Positions 43,072-55,148 of a stretch of 64,000 nt of DNA are shown here, piece by piece; position 1 is the first letter of the stretch, and each line of letters begins with the position of its first letter. The DNA comes from an uncultured Methanosarcinaceae archaeon (GTDB lineage: Archaea > Halobacteriota > Methanosarcinia > Methanosarcinales > Methanosarcinaceae): positions 90,091 to 154,090 of the forward strand of contig CAVRJG010000019.1 in NCBI GenBank assembly GCA_963721455.1, in the 5' to 3' direction. Under the pieces are notes generated by a model. That model saw only the letters and a list, made by a program, of their open reading frames with translations, was not told where the DNA came from and made no database searches. A program made the position numbers and the translations under genes.

Positions 43072-45343
43072 TCAACCGGCTTTCTTCCGCGCCTTGTACT
43101 TCTCTTTGCTCGGACAGTCGATGTCGATGCAGAGGACCCACGGACGGCCGCGACCGCCGCCGCCCACCACCTTGATCTCGGGCCAGCCGCACTCGGCGCA
43201 CACCTTGCCGGTGGGCACGATGGTGCCCCGCTGCGGCAGCGGGAACGTCTGGCCGCAGCCGCGCCGCGGACGCTCGCCCTCGACGGCAGGCTGCTGCGGC
43301 TCCTCGCCTTCCTTGCCGACGCAGGCGGCGAACCGCTTGCCGGTCTTGCCGCGCAGCACGCGCAGCTGCCCGCCGCAGTTCTTGCAGGTGCCGAGCGTGA
43401 GGTCCTCGCGCACGCCGCTCTTGATGCGGTCGCGGATGTCGCCGACGTGGGCGTCGAGCGTCTTCCAGGCCTGCTCGAGCATCTCCTGGCTCTCGTGGAC
43501 GACCTCGTCGCGGCGCAGCTCGCCCTCGCTGATGCGGTCCATCTTCTGCTCGAGAGTGGCCGTCATCTCACTCGACGAGATGTCGACCGGCGCCTTCTCC
43601 ATGGCCGCGTCGAAGGCGGCGATGAGCGCCATGCCGAGCTCGGTGGGCTCGACCGGGTTGTCGCGCACGTCGTTGCGGTCGTAGAGGTGCTGGATGATGT
43701 CGGCGCGCGTGGCTTTGGTGCCCAGGCCGAGGTCTTCCATCTTCTCGATGAGCTTGCCCTGGCCGTAGCGGCCGCGGCGGCTGGGTCTCCTTGGCCTCCG
43801 AGCGGAGGTCGAGGACCTTGAGCATGTCGCCCGGCTGCAGCGGCGGCAGCGGCCGGTCGCGCTTGGCCGCGTACTTCTCGTACACCTCGAGGTAGCCCAG
43901 CGACGCGACCCGCGCGCCGTAAGCCAGGAACGGCTCCGGGCCGAGGCTGATGTCGACGCGCTGCCGCTCGATGACCGCTGCCGGCAGCAGCGTGGCGAGG
44001 AAGCGCCGCGCGACCAGGTCGTAGACCTTGGCCTGGTCGCCGCTCAGTTCCTTCTTCGGCGCGCCCACCGGGTAGATCGGCGGGTGGTCGGTGGTGCGCT
44101 TCTTGCCGCGCGTCGCCGTGAGCTTGTCCTGCCCGGCCAGCCGGGAAGCGGTGGCGGCGACGGGGTGCCAGCTCGAGAGCTCGCGCAGGCTGCCGTGCAG
44201 GTCCAGCGACGGCGGGTAGACCGTGTTGTCGGTGCGCGGGTAGCTGATGAGCCCGTCGAGGTACAGCGACTCGGCGGCGCGCATGGCCCGCGCCGGAGTC
44301 ATGCCCGCGCCGGAGGCGGCGCTCATCAGCGCCGTCGTGTTGAACGGCGCCGGCGGCTTGTCCTGACGTGGCTCGGCCTTGTACGCGGTGACCTCGGCGG
44401 TATCCACCTGGGCGCCGGCGTAGGCCGCCTCCATCGCCTCCTGCGTGTCGAAGCGCCCCTTGGCGTGCGCGACCTCGAACGGGTCGCCGTCGTGCTCGAG
44501 CGTGGCCTTGAGCTCCCAGTAAGGGACGGGCACGAACGCACGGCGCTCGAGCTCGCGATCGACGACCAGGCGCAGGGTGGGCGACTGCACGCGCCCCACG
44601 GACAGGTAGTCGGAGCCGTAGCGGTAGGACGCCAGCGACATGAAGCGCGTGAGCACCGCGCCCCAGATGAGGTCGATATCCTGCCGCGAGTGCGCCGCCT
44701 CGGCGAGGTTGAAGTCGACGGTCGAGGGCTTGTCGAACGCGGCCTTGACCTCCTCCGGCGTGAGCGCGGAGTAGCGGACGCGGATGTGCCGGTCGACGAC
44801 GGCCGCCGGCAGCATGGGCTTGACGTGCGGATCGCCGCCGTTGACCGGCTCCGGCGCCGGCGCCTTGGCGCGCGCCTCGGCGCCGTCCTTGGCCGCGGCG
44901 GCCTTGCGCTTCTTCTTCTCCGGCTTGTCGCCCGGATTGTGCTTGAGCGCGTCGCCGCGCAGGATCTCGATGGCCTCGTGGCCGATGAGCTCGCCCTCGC
45001 GGTCGTAGTCGGTGGCGATGACGAGCTCGGTGGCGCCCTTGGCGACGGCGCGCAGCGCCGCGAGCGTGCCGGCGGCGCCGCTGTCGACCACCCACGCGAG
45101 ATCCGGCTTCTCGATCATGTCGCCGAGGTACTTGAGACTCCAGCGCTTGTAGGTGTTGGGGAACACGGTCTCCATGACGTGGCCGCGCAGGCCGACGGCG
45201 ACGGCGTCGTCGCCGTCCATGGTGAAGTGGTACGACCGCACCTTCTGGCGGCCGCGGCCGTGCTCCTTGACGGCGACCTTGCCGCCGAGGATCTCGGCGA
45301 TCTTCTTGGCCGCCGAATCCTTCTCTGTGACGATGAGCTTCAC
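43072..45343 (-). CDS. topA: Type IA DNA topoisomerase (archaeal-like), high-GC segment; frameshift near 43,770
   Basis: IVTEK, ATDYDREGE, SVGRVQSPTL, LISYPRTD, HPPIYP, GLGTKATR, C-terminal Zn ribbons. Confidence 0.92.
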
Positions 45344-45437
45344 TGCTACCTCATGGGGACGTGAGAGGAACGACCAGGACTGCGGGAGTTAATCCCACCC
45401 GCAAACCTGGCCGTCGAGATGCGTTGGAGATGACCGC

Positions 45438-45782
45438 TCAGCCGAGCACCGCGATCACCTCGTCCCGCGTGGCATGCATCGAGAACACGCGGTCGAGGCC
45501 GGTGACGCTGAGCACCCGCTCCACCGGCCGCGTGGTGACGACGATCGTCATCGCCCCGCCGCTCCGTCACGCGGCGGACCCCGCCGATGAGCACGCCGAG
45601 CGCTGTGGAATCGATGAACGTCACCTCGCTGAGATCGACGACGAGACGCTTCACCCCGAGTCGAGCAGCTCGAGAAGGCACTCCTTGAACTGCGGCGCGG
45701 TGAAGATGTCGACCTCACCGGTGAGGACGACCACGCCGAGGTCGTCGCCCTGACGCTCACTGGATAGCTCGACGTCGCTCAT
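45438..45782 (-). CDS. STAS-domain anti-sigma-factor antagonist (frameshifted by read errors)
   Basis: LTGEVDIFTAP, LVVDLSEVTFIDSTALGVL, VLSVTGLD. Confidence 0.85.
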
Positions 45783-45792
45783 TACCGTTTCC

Positions 45793-46452
45793 TTACTTGG
45801 TCGGCGATGGAGTGGGTGTGGGAGTCGTCTTCGGCGAGTTGGCGGTGATCCAGTCCTTCACCTCGGACGCGTAGGGCGACTTGGGGTCGAGCTCGAGGAA
45901 CCTCGTGAACGCGAGCATCGCGGTCGTCGTATCGCCGGCGGAGCTCGCGGCGGCGCCCAGGTTGAAGAAGGCTTCGGAGTCCTTGGGCGTGAGCCCCGTG
46001 ATGTCGCCGTACACACCCGCCGCCGCCTGCGAATCGCCGAGCTGGCTGTAGACGCCGGCGAGACTGGTGAGCAGGTCCAGCCGCTGCTTCTTGATGGCCG
46101 CGCCCTTCCGCTTGGCGAGCAGGTTGTCGGCCTTGACGTACGCCGCGGCGGCGTTGGTCAGATCGGAGGTGAGCGCCTGAGACGCCTCCTTCTGCACGGC
46201 CGACCGGGAGAGGTACGCCTCGGCGAGGCTGGTCCAGGCCGCGGGGTCCTTGGGGTCGGTCGTGGTCGCGGTCTGGTACTTGGTGATCTGCTGGTCGAGC
46301 GTCTTCGTGACGTCCTCCTGGGCGCTGTTGAACCACGTGCACCCGTTGAGCACGCCGGAGTACCCGACGACCAGGAACGCGGCCATGAGGAACGCCATGA
46401 AGCCGAAGACGATCTTCTGCCAGAACTTGACCCTGCGGCGATCGAGCAGCAC
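45793..46452 (-). CDS. Membrane-anchored TPR protein
   Basis: N-terminal TM helix; DPKDPAAWTSLAEAYL and EAFFNLG..FLELDP TPR motifs. Confidence 0.8.
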   Translation of the reverse strand: MLLDRRRVKFWQKIVFGFMAFLMAAFLVVGYSGVLNGCTWFNSAQEDVTKTLDQQITKYQTATTTDPKDPAAWTSLAEAYLSRSAVQKEASQALTSDLTNAAAAYVKADNLLAKRKGAAIKKQRLDLLTSLAGVYSQLGDSQAAAGVYGDITGLTPKDSEAFFNLGAAASSAGDTTTAMLAFTRFLELDPKSPYASEVKDWITANSPKTTPTPTPSPTK

Positions 46453-47900
46453 TTAGATGGTCTCCTCTCGATGAACGGGCGTCTGCCACCAGCCGGATTC
46501 GGCGCCGCCGATCTCGACGGCCCCGGTACGGACGCGGTCCTGCAGCTTCTCGCGGACGGCGATGGCGGTGGAGCGGATCGCGTCCGCGTCCGCGCCCAGG
46601 TGGGCACGGTCGCGGTAGAGCTCGCGTCCGCCGACGACGGTGAGTGTGATGTCGTCCTGGTTGGCGCCGTAGACGAGCGCCGAGTAGGGGTCGGCGATCG
46701 GCGCGAAGTGCGAAGCCGGAGCGTCGACGGCGATGAGGTCGGCGCATTTGCCCGGCTCCAGGCTGCCGACCTCGGCCTCCATGCCCAGCGCTTCGGCGCC
46801 TCCAAGCGTGGCGATACGCACGCACTTCTGCGCGTCGAGCACGGTCACGTCGCGCTCCACCGCGCGGTGCAGGAACAGCATGGTGCGCATCTCGTCGAAC
46901 ATGTCCATGATGTTGCTCGACGCCGGGCTGTCGGTGCCGAGGCCCACACGCACGCCCTCGTGCATGAGATCGGCGAGCGGCGCGACGCCGCAACCGAGCT
47001 TGGCGTTGCTCTTGGGGCAGTGCGCCACCGCGACGCCGGTGTTGGCGAGATTCGGATGTCGTCGCGCGTGAGGTTGACGCAGTGGACGGCGAGGAAGTCC
47101 CGATCGAACACCCGCCACTGCTGCAGATACTTGATGGGAGTGACGCCGTAGGCTGGACAGCGTGCGCTCCCCCAGCCCATCTTCTCGCGGTAGTCGTGGG
47201 CGAACTTGCCCGAGCCGGAACGGATGTACGTGAGCTCGTCCTGGCTCTCGGCGACGTGGCTCATGACCTTGAGGCCGCGCTCGCGGGCCAGGTCGCACAC
47301 GGCCTGGTAGAGGCGGCTGGACACGGTGTACGGCGCGTGCGGCGCCAGCCCGATGTCGAAGCGGTCGGGGGCGGCGGCCTGCGCGTGGTCGAGCCGCCGC
47401 ACCACGTCCGCCATGGTCTCGTCGAAGTGCGGATCGTCGACCCCGAAGACCTCCAGCGTACAGGCGGCCGCGCAGGCCGGCCGTCCCGGCTGCCTCCAGC
47501 GTCGCCGCCCCGTAGCTGGTGTCGGCGATGGTGGTGATGCCGGATGAGATGGCCTCCATGGCGCCCAGGCGGGCGCTCACGAGGTACTCGTCCGGTGTCA
47601 GGGACGCCTTGACGTCCACCAGGCTGATGATCCAGTCGCCGAACTCGGCGTCGTCGAGGATGCCGCGGAACGACGTGTACTCGACGTGGCTGTGACAATT
47701 GACGAAGCCGGGCATGATGATCGCTCGCCCCAGGGTCGGAGAACGCCGCGCCCGGATACTGCGCCACGAGGCGCGGCGCGGAATCGACCGCGAGGATGCG
47801 TCCGCCGAACGGCGACGCCACCGTCCGGCAGGACGGGCGCGGCCACCGGGAGGACCCAGTCGGCACGATAGATCGTGATGTCGTGGTCGGTTTCGGGCAA
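46453..47900 (-). CDS. Amidohydrolase, MTA/SAH deaminase-like (several read frameshifts)
   Basis: MPGFVNCHSH, APHAPYT, HVAES, HCPKSNAKL, LGTDSPAS, GSLEPGKCADL. Confidence 0.85.
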
Positions 47901-48049
47901 CGTGGCAACTTTGCAGCGCGAGAGGAGTCAGAGAGGCCCCCGCCGTGGGAGTATAGGGGAGCGTTCCGCACAGTGGCAAACAGGCCCCGCTGCTCACCGG
48001 GCCGCTCGCGGGGGTATACTCCCGGCACCAGCGACGGGAGGGCCGCAGC

Positions 48050-48224
48050 GTGCAGCAGGGACAGGGACCAAGCATCTCCCCGGACGTCGTCACGAGCGCC
48101 GTCTGGGACGCCGTGAAGGGACTGCCCGGGGGTCTGTGCCTCTCCGCAACCCCTTGCAGAGCCTCGGTGAGAAGGTCCACCTGGAGCGCCACGGCCCGGT
48201 GCGCCTGGAGAACGACGAGGAAGG
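48050..48224 (+). pseudogene. N-terminal fragment of an Asp23/Gls24-like gene, cut at the fold-back point
   Basis: ISPDVVTSAVWDAVKGLPGV resembles the Asp23 N-terminus; frame runs through the loop (RLENDEEG). Confidence 0.5.
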
Positions 48225-48524
48225 CCAGGCGCACCGGGCCGTGGCGCTTCAGGTGGACCTTCTCACCGAGGCTCAAGGGGTTGCGGTAGAGGTCACAGAC
48301 CCCCGGCAGTTCCTCACAGGCGTCCCAGACGGCGCTCGTGACGACGTCCGGGGGAGATGCTTGGTCCCTGTCCCTGCTGCACGCTGCGGCCCTCCCGTCG
48401 CTGGTGCCGCGCCGAAGCGGGCCCGGTGAGCAGCGGGGCCTGTTTGCCACTGTGCGGAACGCTCCCCTATACTCCCACCGCGGGGGCCTCTCTAATTACT
48501 CCTCTCGCGCTGCAAAGTTGGGTC

Positions 48525-49938
48525 TTGCCCGAAACCGACCACGACATCACGATCTATCGTGCCGACTGGGTCTCCCGGTGGCCGCGCCCGTCTGCCGGAC
48601 GGTGGCGTCGCCGTGTCCGGCGGACGCATCCTCGCGGTCGATTCGCGCCGCGCCTCGTGGCGCAGTATCCGGGCGCGGCGTTCTCCGACCTGGGGCGAGC
48701 GATCATCATGCCCCAGCTTTCGTCAATTGTCACAGCCACGTCGAGTACACGTCGTTCCCGCACATGCTCGACGACGCCGAGTTCGGCGACTGGATCGTCG
48801 GCCTGGTGGACGTCAAGGCGTCCCTGACACCGGACGAGTCCTCGTGAGCGCCCACCTGGGCGCCATGGAGGCCATCTCATCCGGCATCACCACCATCGCC
48901 GACACCAGCTACGGGGCGGCGAGACGCTGGAGCCAGGCAGCCGGGACGGCCGGCCTGCGCGGCCGCCTGTACCTGGAGGGTCGACGACTCGCACTTCGAC
49001 GAGACCATGGCGGACGTGGTGCGGCGGCTCGACCACGCGCAGGCCGCCGCCCCCGACCGCTTCGACCATCGGGCTGGCGCCGCACGCGCCGTACACCGTG
49101 TCCAGCCGCCTCTACCAGTGCGACCTGGCCCGCGAGCGCGGCCTCAAGGTCACGAGCCACGTCGCCGAGAGCCAGGACGAGCTCACGTACATCCGTTCCC
49201 GGCTCGGGCAAGTTCGCCCACGACTACCGCGAGAAGATGGGCTGGGAGCGCATGCTCGTCCAGCCCTACGGCGTCACTCCCATCAAGTATCTGCAGCAGT
49301 GGCGGGTGTTCGATCGGGACTTCCTCGCCGTCCACTGCGTCAACCTCACGCGCGACGACATCGCCGTCCTCGCCAACACCGGCGTCGCGGTGGCGCGTGC
49401 CGAGAGCAACGCCAACTCGGTTGCGGCGTCGCGCCGCTGGCCGATCTCATGCACGAGGGCGTGCGTGTGGGCCAGTTCCAGGCGTCGAGCAACATCATGG
49501 ACATGTTCGACGAGATGCGCGCCGTGCTGTTCCTGCACCGCGCGGTGGAGCAACATCACCGTGCTCAACGCGCAGAAGTGCGTGCGTATCACCACGCTTG
49601 GAACAGCGCTGGGCGGCCGAGGTCGGCAGCCTGGAGCCGGGCAAATGCGCGAGCCTCATCATCGACGTCTCGCGCTCCGCACTCGCGCCGATCGCCGACC
49701 CCTACTCGGCGCTCGTCTACGGCGCCAACCAGGACGACATCACACTCACCGTCGTCGGCGGACGCGACTTCTACCGCGACCGTGCCCACCTGGGCGCGGA
49801 CGCCGGACGCGATCCGCTCCACCGCCATCGCCGTCCGCGAGAAGCTGCAGGACCACGTCCCCGTACCCGGGGCCGCGAGATCGGCGGCGCCGAATCCGGC
49901 TGGTGGACGACGCCGTTCATCGAGAGGAGACCATCTAA
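48525..49938 (+). pseudogene. Mirror copy of the amidohydrolase (error-broken)
   Basis: Reverse complement of 46453-47900. Confidence 0.7.
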
Positions 49939-50567
49939 GTGCTGTTCGATCGCCGCAGGGTCAAGTTCTGGCAGAAGATCGTCTTCGGCTTCATGGCGTT
50001 CCTCATGGCCGCGTTCCTGGTCGTCGGGGTCCTCGGCGTGCTCAACGGGTGCATATCCGCGACGGCGCCCAGGACGCTCGACCAGCAGATCACCAAGTAC
50101 CGGACCGCGACCACGACGGACCCAAGGACCCGCGGCCTGGACCAGCCTCGGCCGAGGCGTCTACTCTCCCCGTCGGCCGTGCAGGAAGGGAGCGTCTGGC
50201 GCTCACCTCCGATCTGACCAACGCCGCCGCGGCGTTCCTCAAGGCCGACAACCTGCTCGCCAAGCGGAAGAGCACGGCCGTCGAGCAGCGGCTGGACCTG
50301 CTCACCAGTCTCGCCGGCGTCTACAGCCAGCTCGGCGATTCGCAGGCGGCGGCGGGTGTGTACGGCGACATCACGGGGCTCACGCCCAAGGACTCCGAAG
50401 CCTCTGGGGCGCCGCCCGCGACTCCACCGCGATGCGGACGACCGCGATGCTCGCGTTCACGAGGTTCCTCGAACTCGACCCCAAGTCGCCCTACGCGTCC
50501 GAGGTGAACGGATCACCGCCAACTCGCCGAAGACGACTCCCACACCCGCTCATCGCCGACCAAGTAA
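49939..50567 (+). pseudogene. Mirror copy of the TPR protein gene
   Basis: MLFDRRRVKFWQKIVFG; reverse complement of 45793-46452. Confidence 0.7.
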
Positions 50568-50577
50568 GGAAACGGTA

Positions 50578-50933
50578 ATGAGCGACATGTTCAGCGTCTC
50601 CAGTGAGCGTCAGGGCGACGACCTCGGCGTGGTGGGCGTCCCTCGCCGGTGGGGTCGACATCTTCACCGCGCCGCAGTTCAAGGAGTGCCTTCTCGAGCT
50701 GCTCGACTCCGGGGTGAAGCGTCTCGTCGTCGATCTCAGCGAGGTGACGTTGCATCGATTCCACCGCGCTCGGCGTGCTCATCGGCGGGGTTCGGCGCGT
50801 GCACGGAGCAGGCGGTGCGATGACGATCGTCGTCACCACGCGGCCGGTGGAACGGGTGCTCAGCGTCACCGGCCTCGACCGCGTGTTCTCGATGCATGCC
50901 ACGCGGGACGAGGCGATCGCGGCGCTCGGCTGA
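50578..50933 (+). pseudogene. Mirror copy of the STAS gene
   Basis: Reverse complement of 45438-45782. Confidence 0.7.
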
Positions 50934-51031
50934 GCGGTCGTCTCCAACGTCATCTCGACGGCCAGGTTTGCGGGGTGGTATTAAACTCCCGCAGTCCTGG
51001 TCGTTAGCCTCAGCGTACCGTCCAGGTAGCA

Positions 51032-53236
51032 GTGAAGCTCATCGTCACAGAGAAGGATTCGGCGGCCAAGAAGATCGCCGAGTCCCTCGGCGGCAAGGTC
51101 GCCGTCAAGGAGCACGGCCGCGGCCGCCAGAAGGTGCGGTCGTACCACTTCACCATGGACGGCGACGACGCCGTCGCCGTCGGCGCGGCCACGTCATGGA
51201 GGAGTTCGTGTTCCCCAACACCTACAAGCGCTGGAGTCTCGTACCTCGGCGACATGATCGAGAAGCCGGATCTCGCGTGGGTGGTCGACAGCGGCGCCGC
51301 CGGCACGCTCGCGGCGCTCGGCGCCCATCGCCGAGGGCGCCACCGAGCTCGTCATCGCCACCGACTACGAAGGCGAGCTCATCGGCCACGAGGCCATCGA
51401 GATCCTGCGAGGCGACGCGCTCAAGCACAATCCGGGCGACAAGCCGGAGAAGAAGAAGCGCAAGGCCGCCGCGGCCAAGGAGGCGCGCGCCAAGGCGCCG
51501 GCGCCGGACACGGCGGCGATCCTCACGTCAAGCCCATGCTGCCGGCGGCCGTCGTCGACCGGCACATCCGCGTCCGCTACTCCGCGCTCACGCCGGAGAA
51601 ATCGCCAGGCCACGTCGACAAGCCCTCCACCGTCGACTTCGATCTCGCCGAGGCGGCGTTCGCACGGATGTGCGACCTCATCTGGGGTGCGGTGCTCACT
51701 CGCTTCATGTCGCTCGCGTCCTACATTTACGCTCCGACTACCTGTCCGTTGGGCACGTGCATCGCCCACCCTGCGCCTGGTCGTCGATCGCGAGTTCGAC
51801 GCGCCGTGCGTTCGTGCCCGTCCCTTACTGGGAGCTCAAGGCCACGCTCGAGTACGACGGCGACCCGTTCGAGGTCGGTTCACGCCAAGGGTCGCTTCGA
51901 CACGCAGGAGGCGATGGAGGCGGCCTACGCCGGGGCCCAGGTGGATACCGCCCGCGTACAAGGCCGAGCCACGTCAGGACAAGCCTCGGCGCCGTTCGCA
52001 GGCACAACAGCACTCATGAGCGCGCCCTCCGGCGCGGCATGACGCCGCGCGGGCCATGCGCGCCGCCGAGTCGCTGTCCCTCAACAGGGCTGATGAGCTA
52101 CCCGCGCACCGACAACACGTGCACCATCGTGCACGGAAGCCTGCGCGAGCTCTCGACTGGCGCCCCGTCGCCGCCACCGCTTCCCGGCTGGCCGGGCAGG
52201 ACAAGCTCACGGCGACGCGCGGCAAGAAGCGCACCACCGACCACCCGCCGATCTACCCCTGTGGGCGCGCCGGAAGAAGGAACGCGACAGCGGTTCGGCC
52301 AAGGTCTACGACCTGGTCGCGCGGCGCTTCCTCGCCACGCTGCTCGGCCACGGTGCCATCGAGCGTCAGCGCGTCGACGTCGGCCTCGGCCCGGAGCCGT
52401 TCCTGGCTTACGGCGCGCGGGTCGCGTCGCTGGGCTACCTCGAGGTGTACGAGAAGTACGCGGCCAAGCGCGACCGGCCGCTGCCGCCGCTGCAGCCGGG
52501 CGACATGCTCAAGGTCCTCGACCTCCGCTGGAGGCCAAGGAGACCCAGCCGCCCGGCCGCTACGGCCAGGGCAAGCTCATCGAGAAGATGGAAGACCTCG
52601 GCCTGGGCACCAAAGCCACGCGCGCCGACATCATCCAGCACCTCTACGACCGCAACTACGTGCGCGACAACCCGGTCGAGCCGAGCTCGGCATGGCGCTC
52701 ATCGCCGCCTTCGACGCGGCCATGGAGAAGGCGCCGGTCGACATCTCGTCGAGTGAGATGACGGCCACTCTCGAGCAGAAGATGGACCGCATCAGCGAGG
52801 GCGAGCTGCGCCGCGACGAGGTCGGGAGAGCCAGGAGATGCTCGAGCAGGCCTGGAAGGACCACATCGGCGACATCCGCGACCGCATCGAGAGCGGCGTG
52901 CGCGAGGACCTCACGCTCGGCACCTGCAAGAACTGCGGCGGCTGCGCGTGCTGCGCGGCAAGACCGGCAAGCGGTTCCGCCGCCTGCGTCGCAAGGAAGG
53001 CGAGGAGCCGCCACGGCCCTCCATCGAGGGCGAGCGTCCGCGGCGCGGCTGCGGCCAGACGTTCCCGCTGCCGCAGCGGGGCCACGTGCCCACCGGCAAG
53101 GTGTGCGCGCCGAGTGCGGCTGGCCCGAGGATGAAGGTGGTGGGCGGCGGCGGTCGCGGCCGTGCGTCGGGTCCTCTGCATCGACATCGACTGTCCGAGC
53201 AAAGAGAAGTACGAGGCGCGGAAGAAAGCCGGTTGA
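51032..53236 (+). pseudogene. topA: Mirror copy of topA (error-broken)
   Basis: MKLIVTEKDSAAKKIAE; reverse complement of 43072-45343. Confidence 0.75.
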
Positions 53237-53466
53237 CCTAGAGCGGCGGCGGACGGCGGGAGAGAGGCTCATGTCTGAGCGAGGCTTGTCCGGCGAGCGG
53301 CGCGGCGTATTCTGGAGGGCTGCAACAGGGTCGCAGAGCACCCAGGCGGCCCTGCTGCAAGCACTGGCCGCCTGTGGTCTGCCGGTCGGGCCGGCGTCCG
53401 CGCCGGGCTCGGTCATCCGCGAGCCCCGGGCCCACGCCGAGCCACGATATTTCTTATAATATAGTA

Positions 53467-53664
53467 ACCCTAATTTGACAGAAGCATACATGTTATAATG
53501 TATAAATGGGCTTCATGCCTCTGTTTTTCTTATACAATTCAAAGTTATTTCATACTTTTTTTGATTTTTAACATTTTTCATTTTTCCTAAATGTACTGTG
53601 CCGATGCAACGCGTTTTTTGTGTGAAAATACTATACTAATTAGTAGAATCTGTCAAATTAGGGT
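53467..53664. mobile_element. Mirror copy of the 198-bp MITE
   Basis: Same 16-bp TIRs as 42628-42825. Confidence 0.75.
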
Positions 53665-55148
53665 AGTAATGATCATTTTTAATATAATTTGCGGAAAAAA
53701 GATTCGACCGCGTAAGTCCTATTTATAACAAAGTAGTATGGCTAAATTCTAATGGCTATAACAACGGAGTATATTTACCTGGGTACTCTCAGTTACCTTC
53801 CAGCTGCTGCTTTTTCAGCATCTCCAACCACTGGAAATCATCCTTTGAATGTTTGAGTTTACTGATAAGAGTACAGATGCATATTATTATTCTTGGAACT
53901 TTGGAGATAAAAGTAGGATTTCAACATTCCAGAGTCCTGTTCATAAATACACAACAGCAGGAAATTACACTGTTAGCTTAACGGTAAAGGGGTCCAAATT
54001 CCAGGCAGTAACACAGCGAAAAAAACCAGTTATATAACATAGGACTTACCGCACTTCAATCCAAAATCAAGTACAATAGCCATTGTAGTTAATTTCATAT
54101 TTAACCGGTTAAAGGTTTAGTGCTATTGATTTCTTAGCTCAACCTCGTAAGTCCTATAACAGTTAAGTAAGTGAACATCTTAATTAAAAAACCGTAAAAA
54201 AGGTTATAGCCAGAGGGTAACGAGTACATGAGATCTGCTTTTGTCCCACATTTTGTGACAGAAACAGGCCTCCAATACATTACCAAAATTTCCACCATCT
54301 CTTTTTACCTCCCGGCCCTTCAACATATTGTCATTAATCAAGCTCTGAACCTGCAACATGTAATTATTATGCATGTTCTAAGGTCCTCTTCTCTCTGGCC
54401 TGCTTTATCAAGTTCTTCCTTTAGTGTGGAATTGTGCTTTTCTCATCTTCAGATCTGGCCTAGCGGCTACGTCCGAGGGCCCGGAGCTTCCCTTTAAAAT
54501 TTTTTCAGGGAAGGCATGGATTCTGAGTTCAGAAGGAGAACAGAAGAGATTGAAAGGGTATCCTAAAAAGATTTGATTGGATTGAAATGAGCGCGAAGCG
54601 TAACAATACAGAGCTTAAAGGTTCTTGATAGTTTTCTTTATCCACACATAATAAACTATATATTAATGTTCTCCTAATTACTAATTATGGATAATAAGTA
54701 TTGTTCATACGGGTTAACTCTTATCATTCTTTCTGGAATATTTTATATTATTTTTGGAACATATATTTCATTTTTGGCTTTCGTGGATTTTTTATCATTG
54801 CAAGTGTCTTTTATTGTCGTGTTCTGTACGGTCTATGGTATTCTATTTCTCGTGAATCTCGCAGTTGAATAAAAATATTTAACTGCTTTTAGGTTGTGTC
54901 GATACTCCGGTTTAAGTTGCAAAACGCCAAAAAGTGTTATTTTTTATGTAATATATCTATGAATTATGTTGGAAAATCGCTATACGTGGTACTCGAAGTT
55001 GTCGTAAAATTCGTTAACTGAATACAAATGAAGCCACTTACGGACTTTTTTATTTTCTTCTGATTCCAATACATTGCTCACAGTCATACTGTACTGGTTT
55101 TAGAAAATTTTAAATTAAAGTTAGTGACCTGAATCAAAGTCATAAGTC

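Larger units (their letters stand above)
32125..48208 (+). repeat. Left arm of a ~16-kb inverted duplication
   Basis: Reverse complement of the window end matches 32125; symmetry continues to CCTGG ending at 48208. Confidence 0.95.

Noticed and set aside
42860-53491. Many long Arg/Ala/Pro-rich overlapping ORFs, including the 665-aa ORF crossing the palindrome centre
   Set aside because: Off-frame or antisense products of high-GC DNA, indel errors and the fold-back.
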